Of a stretch of 64,000 nucleotides of DNA, positions 49,478-59,928 are shown piece by piece. The stretch is from positions 5,394,001-5,458,000 of the forward strand of contig OZ361257.1 of the NCBI GenBank assembly GCA_977018835.1, given 5' to 3'. The translations under genes and the position numbers were made by a program. Within the stretch, counting starts at the first letter, position 1. Each line of letters opens with the position of its first letter. The notes beneath the pieces were generated by a model, which worked only from the letters and a program-made list of their open reading frames with translations, was not told the DNA's origin and did not search any database. Origin of the DNA: Minutocellus sp. GHC0000111. Lineage: Eukaryota.

Positions 49478-50584
49478 TTAGTTATCTGGCCAAGGACATT
49501 GACATTCCAGATACCTGAGTATAGCATGGGTTCTGCAATACGAAGTCTCTACGCGCAAATTTTCCCTTTCCATGCTACCTTCCACGATAAAGCCCCATTC
49601 AAGTTCAGCTTGATTTATTTCAAAAAGAATGCGACCGCTTTCGCAACTGAGATAAAACGTAAGGTTATAGGGTGAGGAAGAGGCTTTAACGGGCATGAAA
49701 GTATTCCCTCCCACGTCGTTCTTCCAGACTAAGTCGCCATCATCATCCGTGTACTCGCCATCTCTTGGGTCGAAATATTTTGTCGCCACTTTAACAGCTT
49801 TCATGTCCGACAAACGAGTAACTATCACATTGGCAGTAATTTGATTAACAAGAGTTTCTTCGGCAAAAGGATTGTTTCCCAGACGAGAAACGAGCCTCGG
49901 ATCGACTGGGTTCTGGCAGATAGGAATAGCTGAGCCGTCGTGATATTCAATGTTTTGATCCCAAAGCTTGGGGGTTCTTTCATCGCCTCGGCATGAGGTA
50001 ACAAAGAGCAGTTCATCATCCCTGATGCCGCGGAACTCAAATGAGAAAATATAGTCGCTCAACTCGGTTGTAGGCTGGTATCGTCCAACAGGCTGTATTC
50101 TAGATGATACCCGAAACTGCTCGCGATAGAGCATCTTCCAGGAGAACTTCTTATCGTCACCCCTTCTACAAGTAGGGTCCGAACCATCACCTACAAGCTT
50201 CGAGATTGAGGCCAACCGAGGAAACTGAGTCAGGGCCAGGTCACGCCAAAGACAAGAAGGCTTGGCCTTGACCTTTTCCTTGGCCTTCTTATTTTCGTCA
50301 TCATCGTCATCACCACCGTCATCGCCATCATCACCACAAACCCCATCTGGCAGTTCGGGATCATCATTCCCCCCCATCACAACTCTGCGCCAGGGACGGC
50401 ACGTGCGTTCCATCGCCGCCAGACCGCGAGCGTCGGATTGCAGTTGGCCGATGCCTCGGATGAGCTCGGGTGGGAGGGCGGCCCAGCCGCTCATAACTGG
50501 GGCGACACATTTGGGACCGGCTTCGCTTCCGGCGCTTGTCACATCGGTGCCAGATACCTCGTCGAACTTTCTCTTGCTCGGCAT
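49478..50584 (-). CDS. F-box protein
   Basis: WAALPPELIRGIG...LAAMERTCRPWRRVV...LWRDLAL..FP...SWKMLYREQ; uninterrupted 368-aa ORF. Confidence 0.75.
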   Translation of the reverse strand: MPSKRKFDEVSGTDVTSAGSEAGPKCVAPVMSGWAALPPELIRGIGQLQSDARGLAAMERTCRPWRRVVMGGNDDPELPDGVCGDDGDDGGDDDDDENKKAKEKVKAKPSCLWRDLALTQFPRLASISKLVGDGSDPTCRRGDDKKFSWKMLYREQFRVSSRIQPVGRYQPTTELSDYIFSFEFRGIRDDELLFVTSCRGDERTPKLWDQNIEYHDGSAIPICQNPVDPRLVSRLGNNPFAEETLVNQITANVIVTRLSDMKAVKVATKYFDPRDGEYTDDDGDLVWKNDVGGNTFMPVKASSSPYNLTFYLSCESGRILFEINQAELEWGFIVEGSMERENLRVETSYCRTHAILRYLECQCPWPDN

Positions 50585-50880
50585 GATTCTGGTAAAATTG
50601 GTAGGAACACGAGCACAGCAGCACCTGGCTCTGGACTGGAAGGTGGTGAGCAGATGAAAAAATGAAGGCGACTACTGCGCACGGCGGTTTGGTTGCATTT
50701 CTTTATGATGCTTGAATGACGTCAAATTTTTCTGTAAGGCCTTTTCCCGGAACCATGAGGCCATGAGGATGATGATCCGGCCGGAATCCGCCGGCGGACA
50801 TTGATGCATGCATACGCCATACCACGGCCGGTCGCGTACAAAACGCGCATCCAATAACACGCCATAACATAGTTGATACT

Positions 50881-52493
50881 ATGCCCGGCCTTCCTCCTCG
50901 GCCGCGGTCACCGGCGACGACGTCGGCCGCTACTAGCGCCAGCACCCCGCCGGCATCTCCGCGGCACATCCCTCACGCCGCCCAGCCCCCTTCGCCGGGC
51001 TTCGGGGCCGTCTCCTCCGCCTCAACATCTCCCGCGACCACCCCGCAGAGCAGCCCCCGGGCCCATCCGGCGAGTGCCGCCGCCGACGCATTGGCGGAAA
51101 TGGCCGCCATCGCCGGGGGGGTGAGCGGTCTGGATCTGGGACCGGCGGCGGCATCGGCGGCAAGTCCTGGGGGCGGCCTTCCGCCGAGACCGACGACCGC
51201 CTCGCCCTCCACGTCGCAGCCCTCGTCGCCCGAGGGCCGATCCGGCCCGCCGCCCAACGCCCTCCGGCGGCAGGATTCCTTCGGACCGTCCCCCGACGGC
51301 ACCAATCCGAAGAATCCCAACGTCCCCCCGCCGCCGCCCGAGCTGGATTCCAGCGCCAAGCACATACCCCTCCCCGACGAGCACACCCGCCGCACCATGG
51401 AGGGCGAGGCCATGATCTTCAAGCCCAAGAAGACCCGCCGACCGAGTCTGGGCAAGGACGGCAAGGGTGGCAAGGCCGGTGGTAGTGGTGGAGACTCGAA
51501 AAGCATCGCCACGGCCAAGACCACCACCTCCACGAGCACCGGCAAGGGCATGTCGCACCGGCGTCATCCGTCCCTGCCCAACCTGGCCGATTCCCGCCGC
51601 CTCCGGTCCGACCTCCTGCACAAGCTGGGGATTGACAATTCCACGGCCATGGCGGCCGGGGGGTGGGGGGGATGCCGCACGCCCCGTCGGACATGATGAT
51701 GCGCAGGGGCAACCTGCCACCGGGTGCGGTCGGGGGGAGCAGTCAGACGGGCCGGACCAGCCTTTTGGGGGGGGGGGGGGTGGCCAGTCACGACGAACCA
51801 CTCAAATACCGGGAGGATCGGGTGGCCGATGGATTGGAGAGGAATGCATGGAAGCGCTTCTTTGGGTTGGGAAACAACAACAATGGCAATAACAACGATG
51901 ATATTAATAACGAGGGTGGTAGCAGCAGCAGCAATGCGCAGGAGGGTGAGGAGGGGGGCAATACCAATACCGCAACTTTGGCTGATGGTAACAAGCAAGA
52001 AGAACAAAAGCTGGAAATGGAGATGGAGGCGGATCCAACAAGCGGCGACGATGGTGCGACGAGTAGCAGCGACAAGCAAGAAGATGGAGGTAGCAACGAT
52101 GCACAACAACAACATGGTGCAGCTGCAGCTGCACCAGCAGCAAGTACAGCCGAAGAAGAGAAGGAAAATACCGCCGATGGTCAGCTGGACCCATCCTCCA
52201 CCCACAGCGTTCCGACCACCCGCAAGGAGAAGAAGCGCATCACGTTCCGAGAGCAGGTCCGCGTGACGCCGATACCGATGCGATCGGAATACTCCCACCG
52301 CATCCGCGATCGGTTGTGGACCAACCGCATCGAGCTGCACGAGAACGCTCAGCGCAACGCCCTGGAGTTTGCCAGCGAGGGGTGGGATTGGAGGACCGTC
52401 ACCGAGGACGAGGGCATGTACCGGTGCAGCGTCAGCGGGGAGCTCATCCACCCGGTCCACTGTCAGCAGAACTACGAGAATTACGAGTATTAG
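50881..52493 (+). CDS. Disordered protein with a conserved C-terminal domain and an RVxF-like motif; frameshift in the G-run ~51660
   Basis: [23 protein letters not shown]...LW......[16 protein letters not shown]...E, a diatom-expanded family by my recollection. Confidence 0.65.
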
Positions 52494-52767
52494 CGTTAAG
52501 AAGTGTTGACGAGAGGGGCTTGTGAGCTCCGGTACTGATTTTTTTGGAGTACTGTTTTTTTTTCTTTTGGTTAGTCAGTTAGATTTGATTTTTTGGCTAT
52601 ACGAACGTAATATAAATTGGACGTTTGCAAACAGTACAACAAGAATCTCTAATGCTTGCACCGCTTCCGGATGGATCCAATTCTATCCGTACATATAATA
52701 ATGAAGCCCGTCGTTCTCGTGGCAAAGCTTTTTCCATTGGTACCTGCCGCCGTTGGATTGGAATCTT

Positions 52768-55700
52768 TCAGCTGCTGCTGTTATTGTTGGTGGTGACAAT
52801 GGTTTGGTGAAGGTGTGAGACTGCGCCAAAGGTGCTGTGTCTCCACCGATAAAGGTTGTCCCTGTAAAATCGATGAATGCGAAGGAGGTTCTCAAAGTCA
52901 CGATCCAAAAGCAGGTGGTACGGCTTGATATTCTGAACGTTGGCAGGGATAACCACACTCTGCCAGGATCGGACGTTGATAATGGCATCCTGAGGATCCC
53001 AATTCTGGTCGACTGCGTCGCGATTTTTGTGCGAGTCCCATGCATTCGAGTTGCGAAAGTTCTTGACATCATCCTCGTCGAGATAATCCTTGGCATTTGT
53101 CTTCATGGTCTGGAACTCGGTCTTACACTGGGATAGGGCCTCGTAGAAGGAAGATTGGGTGAATCCCTCCTCCTCCATTTCGCTCTCTAACTTCTTCCAT
53201 ACAGCCTTTGCTAGATGTCGATGATTGACTGAATTGCTGCTGGTTGTAGTTGGCACAAGTACCTTAGAAATGATATCCCCGAGAGCCTTTCGTGCTGAGA
53301 GGATGTGAAGGACTGTGTAAACGTACAGAGCAATTTCACACATGTACCTAGGTAGCCAGGCTGGTACTGAAGTGACCCCAAGCCAATTTTTATCGCATAG
53401 TGTAAGAAAATGACACTCCTTAAAAAATCATGCTTTCTCAAAAATACCCAAATAGTTGATACAAGGGGGTGCTCAGTACTTCCTTCGTCCGTTGTCCGAC
53501 CACTTGTGCTGCTTCAGAGACCTGCTGGAAACGCCATTTCTCAACGCATCACTTTTCGACCATGGCGTATTAGTAAAATCCCACGCCGCCGCAGGCAATC
53601 GTCCGAGGTGGGGGATACTGGTGCACCCCCGCACGCCTACGGAGTGTGTCTCCGGCGCCGATTTCTGGCCTCAAAAGTTGCGGCCGATGCCTGTGACAAA
53701 AAATATATGCGATCAACGCCGACGACGGCGACCTCCACGAAAGTAGCCGACGGCTACCTTCACGTACTTGTACCCAGAGGATGCCATGAAGGAGGTGGAC
53801 GAAGAAAGATCCATGGCTAATTCTGCACGCCATGATACAGCAGAGAGGAACGATCTGGGTCTCCGGTGACAAGGGGACCTGAAATGGACTCATTTCCACC
53901 TGGATGCATCAAAAGCGCACATTTGGAGGAAGTTTCTCGGTGGTTCCAATATTGGTTTTGGGGTGCCAGCAACAGATGTAGGGCCGGTATGGACGGAACC
54001 AGGGTCTCAATAGCCGAGGTATGTAGTAATGAATTGATTTCTAACCATTGACTGTTCGCTGATCGAGCATGTGTTGTTTAGATCTCACGTGTTAACATGT
54101 AAAACCAAAAGTTCTCGATTCTCATCAACTTCTTCTTTTCTTTCAACTTTTCATGCTAGGAGCACATTTGCGCGTTCCCACGGAAGCTCGGGCTGATGGC
54201 AACCTGGCGCATATATGAGATGAAGGGCTTGGGCTTTCAAAGCAGCATAGGATGAGATACTCATCGAAAACATTGAATCCTAGGCATGCGCCCTCGAAGA
54301 TTTGTGTCAAAAAGCATCCATTTTTGAGACGATGCGGCCTTGTAGTAACCCACAAAACAAGTCCAAGGTCCTCTCGTAGGGGTATCAATCGATTATTCAT
54401 ACCAAGCGACTCCGTTTGACTGATCCCCACAACGCAGCTCCTATTTTTTGTAATTCATTTGCTAACAATGTTGGTGCTTTGGGTGCGGCCTTGAACATTT
54501 CGGTGCAGTGCCCGGTCAGTTTATTGTAACGTATAAAACTGGCCTAGCAATCAATTCTACAGCAGCTACAACCAGTTGGAGGCCACTAGATATACACTAG
54601 AATAAAACAATAAATGGGAGATGCTAAGCTAGGGATGAATTGTTACGCTACTAAGCTCCAAACTTTGTGGAGGTCGACGAGAATGATAAAAGTTACCCTC
54701 CAAAAATGAAAACATGGCGTAGTTTGGCCGAACTATTGTCCCAATTGCCAGAAAAATGCTATTGAACCTCGGCGTACATGTACGACGTCCGTACGGAGGC
54801 CTTTCAACCGCCAAAATGGGCTATCTTCATGTACCTGTGGCGAATGTGATGTTGCGGTGGAGAAGTTGTGGAGAATCTGGAAGTTCTGGTTTTGCTTGTC
54901 ATCATGTGAGAATGCAATGGGTTGCCAATACCAACAGGACAATCCACACATACAATTCCATTCTTTAGTACATACCTTGGCAGGATTGAATCAGAATCAG
55001 TACCCCAGGGTTCAGTTTCAACAACTATTGTACCTCATCTGATTTTGCCGCATGTTCCAACACCGAAAAATTTACCATAATTCCACAAAGCCCCAACAAA
55101 ATGATCCACTTACTGATGCCGAACCCGCAGAAGGAGCACATCGATCGCTCTAGTAGGAATATGGGAGCAAAATATCCATGAGCGCGAATCATATCACGTC
55201 GGCTTGGTGTCCGCCACCAGCCAATTCGACCTCGAGGGCCGTTTTTGAGACGAAGTCAAATTCTTGATTTTTGAGACGGAGTCGGCGTTTCGCAACTGTT
55301 GCACTTGCGAACTCAAAACCACTACCTGACCGCCGCTTGGCACTACCATCAAATCGATCATTCAAGTCGTCAAAGGTGGGAAATCTCTCATCAAATCGAT
55401 GTCACCGTTACTCTTCTCTACGATTGTAGCTGTCGTGGAGGTCGAGGTCGACCGACAACGGTGCGCCGATAGTCGATTTTTTCAAGTTTCATGAGTTCGG
55501 CGCTCAGATCTAAGGCTCATGAGCTAAGATGCGCACACAGAGAAGACATTCTGAGGTGGGCGTGGTGGTTGCGTATCATCTTGGTGGTCATTTGAGCACA
55601 TTATGTGTCGGGTTGGAGAAATGGGAAGGAAATGGCACAGTCTGAGGTTAAAGTACACACGCCAAGCTGAAATAGGAATCAGTACTGTTCTACGGAGGTT

Positions 55701-58100
55701 TCCCGTAGGCGCGAAAATGCTGATTTTTCCCTCAATTTCTGGAATCATCACGCGTGCGAAACACCGCGAGAAAGCCCTAATCAAGAAGTATGTGGGGGCA
55801 TCATCAAAGCTATGATTAGTTCTGTTACCTGCAATTCTGGCACCTTTGTTCTGTTTCAGGGGAAGCGCCCCGTAGGCTGGAGTTTTTTGTACTGAAAAAA
55901 ATCTGTTCATTTTTTCATAGTCCGCGCCGGCCGGCCAAAAGTACTTACACCAGTAACCCTGGCTACATGTGAGGACAAAAAAGAAGAATGGCATTAGAAC
56001 ACGTTATCAAAATATCAATCATAATAAGGAGCCGAGCGGCGGTGAAAACACCTGAACAACTTACCCGAATCGAGATACTTCTCGGGACCGCCCTCGAGAA
56101 GATCAAACCATCGATCGTTCGTATTGTTCGAGTCTTTTGAATCGGCGTACCACCCATGCTCACCACCGATGATACCCGTCATGCCCCCGGTGAGCTCTGC
56201 CTCGCAATACTCTGATATCTTCTGAAGGGCCTTCTTCCTGAGAGGTAGCGAGCATTCTTGGTGTGCGGCGGTGAGAAAATCGAAGGAGAAGAAATCGTCG
56301 TCATCCCCCTCCGCTTGGGACATGGTCGAGAGAATTTCCAACTTGCGACAGATGTTGGCACAGGCGGACTTGATCTTCTTTTGAGAAGCACTGGATGGAG
56401 CTGAAAGGAGCTTACCGAGACTATCCTTGACAAAATGATATCGAAATTTGATTGGGTCCCAACGGCTGTCCTTCCACTCAAAGTCAAGCGCCATCTCGTT
56501 GAGAGGGGCATCGGCAACAGCTTCTTCCAGAGCAGCAATAATAGGCTGGAGCTTCGCCTTCTTGCTAGCCACAACGGCGTCATCCTTTGCCTTGTTATCC
56601 TCCGTCCACTTTTCCCAGAAGGCCTTTTTCTTTTCCTCTCGCTCTTTCTCGACCTCCTCATGGATCTGGACTAGATCGGCACATGCCTTTTCGAACGACT
56701 CCATCATCTCGCTACCCTCCTCACCATATTCTTGGTTAACGAAGGCAGCAAATGAATTCTTCTGCTTCTCGATGTCATACGGATGCGTATTCGCGATCTG
56801 CTGCAGATGCCTTCCGTTGATGATTGGGCCAATGCGCTCTCCATTGGGCCCAATACAAAGGTCCGACCCCTTGTCTGGATCAAATGCACCCCGCCATCCG
56901 TAGAAGACGATCTTTCCGTCAATCCGCTCCTGGCGTGTCCAATGATTCCAACTCCATTGTCGGGGCAATTTAGTACAGCAATCCTTGGCGCAAGCGCTGC
57001 AGATGGCAAAGCCGAAAGGTTTGTGATAACCGGAGTTCATATTCTTGTTGGATGCAAGGTCCTTCTTGAGATCAAAGCCAAAGCAGTTGGCACCACGTTC
57101 GCAGCGCTTGGCATTGACCTGTTTGAGAAGACGAAGAGGTGATGGCACATGGATGGACCGCTTGCGAAATAGCTGCACAATACCGGAGAGGATAGATCTC
57201 GTTGGAGTAGAACCGTGCTGGTGGGCGTCCTCGAGTACCGTGGCACGGATGACAATATCCATCTGTTGTGTGGAACAAATTAGAATGATTGCATGGCGAC
57301 GGCAAGGAAAGTGTGGTGAGATGGGAAATATTATCAACGAATCTGCACACACTACTCTAACAACATCCATTCATTCATATTATTCCACCACTCACCCTCT
57401 TCTCCACAAAGGACAGCATGTACTTGGACTGGTACGCCAGATTGAACACCGACCGGGCATTCGGAAGCAGCTCAAAGACCAGCTGGATGGCCTCCTTGGG
57501 CAGCGCATTGAAGGCCGGACATCCCTCGGCAGGCGGTTCATAGGGATAATCGTCGTCGGCGTATCCCCGTTCCAGCCGCTGCTTCTTCTGCAGACGCTGC
57601 CGTTCCCCCTTTTCTTCGTACTCTTGGAGGAGCTTCTCGAACTGCCGATCGGTCAGGTTGGCGGCGTTGACGTAGCCGGCGGCGTTGGGATCGTAGGACT
57701 GCTGCTGCTGCTTCTTCTTGCGGCTGCTGCGGCCGCTGCGTCCGCCAGTGGTGGTCAACGTGGCTGCGTTGCTGCCATCCTGGATGGACAGGAGGGGCTG
57801 GCGCGAACGCTTGCGGAGGGAGTACCTCGAGGACGAGGAGGAGGATGGGCCGTTCTCTTCCTCCGTCTCCTCTGCCGGTTCGGCATCCACCATCTCTTCA
57901 TCATCGTCGTCGTCGTTGTTGCCGTTGGCTGTTTCGTTTTGGTTGCCATCATCATCAACCGCCGAGATTGTCAGTTGCTGATCTTGCTGCTGCTGATCCT
58001 CCTCCGCGGCCGGTTGGCCCACCACCGCCGCCATGACGGCCTCTTCGTCGCCGCCTCCGTTGCCGCTGGCACTCGCGTCGTTTCCGTTGTTCGCCATCAT
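52768..58100 (-). CDS. F-box-like protein with a Cys cluster, paralog B; introns 57263-57395 and 53313-56064 (the latter holds an insertion)
   Basis: FNALPKEAIQLVFELLP, LAYQSKY, HVPSPLRLL, CERG, PFG. A phase-1 splice (G|GTAAG...CAG|TC) joins KYLDS to VLHILSARKALGDII, colinear with paralog A through KPY.LLL.R.F..LL..H..Y. Confidence 0.8.
53353..55965. mobile_element. ~2.6 kb intronic insertion with TAG...CTA imperfect terminal inverted repeats
   Basis: Left end TAGCCAGGCTGGTACTG, right end CAGTAACCCTGGCTA, with ACATGT near both ends. Removal leaves a ~140-bp intron, similar to the others in the window. No long ORF inside. Confidence 0.65.
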
Positions 58101-58408
58101 CTCGGAGCTGTGTGTACTGCCCATCAGTATCAAGATCGCAAAGTGGCAAAGATTTGGACGGTAGGCGGTAGGCTTGCTGAACGCCCTGGTATTTCTCAGA
58201 TTTCTTGCCCCACTGCCTTGCATGATACAGTGAGGATCCAGATTTTCTGGAATTAAATTTGTCCACGTTCATAATAAATGAGATAGATCTATCGGCGGAG
58301 TTTTATCGGCGAAGTCATCTGGACGCCCACGCCACGGCCACTGACTGGCACCGTCACAACGGCACAACGGCACAACCGTAACCAAGCAACCAACCCGACC
58401 TTCCAACC

Positions 58409-59050
58409 ATGGCAACGCTGGACTCCGTCCTATGGTACGGCTCCCTCGCCGTCCTTGCCGTCGCCGTTCTGCCCCTCGACAATTGGCTGCCCATCGCTTA
58501 CATCCGCTACGCCCTCGGTGCCACTGCCCTCGTCGTCATCCTCTTCTTCATGGGTGACGATGGAGTACCGGTAGTGACGATGGAGACCGATACGCATGTT
58601 GAAGGTGGTATCGGCGATGTTGATGGGAAAGTCGATGAGTCGAAGGAGGCCAGGCGGGAACACCTCAAGGAGGAGATACGGAGGAAGATACTGAACGATG
58701 CCTACAGAGACGTCCAACGGGCCAGCACTGGCGCGGTACCGCCGAGCACGTCCGGGAATGGGGATGATGATGATGGTGGTGGTGGTGATGATGATAATAC
58801 AAGCTGAGAGGAGACCAATGCCCTCGGCGCAAAGACATCCGAAAATCAAGCTGAAGATTCAGCTTCTGGAAGCAAAAACAAAGAGGAGGAGGAGGATGAA
58901 AATGACGACGACTTGGGCACCAACAACAACACGTGGCGGTGTGCGTGCGAGAACGGGTTCCTCCCGCCAGGTCTGCTCAAGACCTTTGGCGGTGCCGAGG
59001 CCGTCATGCGGATGGGGATGGGGCAGTGCTACCACAAGGGTGGCGTGTGA
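58409..59050 (+). CDS. Small membrane protein with a C-terminal Cys motif; frameshift ~58800
   Basis: Two N-terminal TM segments. The downstream frame reads NNNTWRCACENGFLPPGLLKTFGGAEAVMRMGMGQCYHKGGV*. Confidence 0.65.
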
Positions 59051-59288
59051 GATGGGAATGAGCCAATGCTACCACATGGGCGGTGTGTAAAAATCGACGG
59101 GTTGTGCTGGCATTATTGGATTGCTATTCGTTTAGCTTTCAGTTCAGATTGTGAGCTTCCACATCGTGGAATGCTCCACTTTTCTCTGGGCACCGTGGAA
59201 GATGCTTCCTCCTGGTATCCTCATCATTTGAGCATTGGCGGGGCGTTCTAAGTTGATCGAATCTCACCGACCGGTGGGGCGCAGACAG

Positions 59289-59761
59289 ATGGCACCCTCC
59301 CTCCCGCCCGTGGTATGGGGATCAACTCTGAATTTTCTCCCCTATGCCGATGTTCGATCTAGCCTCCGAATCGGCCATGTATTTCGCCGCAATGTGACCG
59401 ATCACATAGAAGTGCTCAACGTCTTTTCCCTTTGGAGATGGACGTTCCTATGGGTCGGAGATTCTTCAACGTCACTCAAGTCAATATTCTTTGCCTTTGC
59501 AAACCCAAGAGGACACTCGATGGCAATGTCGTAGCAAGGTCCCGTGGCGGTGCCGAACGCACCTGTCTTGGAATCGCAAAATCTACCCTAGAGTTCCTTC
59601 AGGAATCGCAGTTCAACATCGATCTTGCTTCGTTTCGCTTCGTTCTTGGTGATTGTTTCGATACTGAGAAATCCGTTCACATTAAAGCACTGGAGCGATG
59701 GAGTTCAATCGATGAGCTTGGATCTCATTCTCTTTGGCTCGATTTGATGTGGCAGGTCTAG
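59289..59761 (+). pseudogene. F-box-like gene fragment
   Basis: SLPPVVWGSTLNFLPYADVRSSL, then a frameshift to EMDVPMGRRFFNVTQVNILCL; short and truncated. Confidence 0.55.
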
Positions 59762-59928
59762 TCATTTTACCGTATCTACGTGGAGACGAAGAGCCAAAAG
59801 CAAACGCAGCCAGGTATATTTACCAGCTCATCTTCATTTTAAAGTCTATGTCTGTGTGCGTCAGAGTGTACATATCGAACTTCCTCTGCTCTCTCTCTCT
59901 CTTTCTTTCTATTGTGCTTCATTCAAAA

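Noticed and set aside
50881..51700. Low TpA in this ORF
   Set aside because: Explained by very high GC and Pro/Ala/Ser-rich content; no Cys/His excess.
53410..55994. Short ORFs inside the intronic element as a transposase
   Set aside because: No DDE or other recognisable motif; fragmented.
57045..58256. 403-aa plus-strand ORF and other long antisense ORFs (e.g. 16401-17405, 51564-52460)
   Set aside because: Shadows of real genes on the opposite strand.
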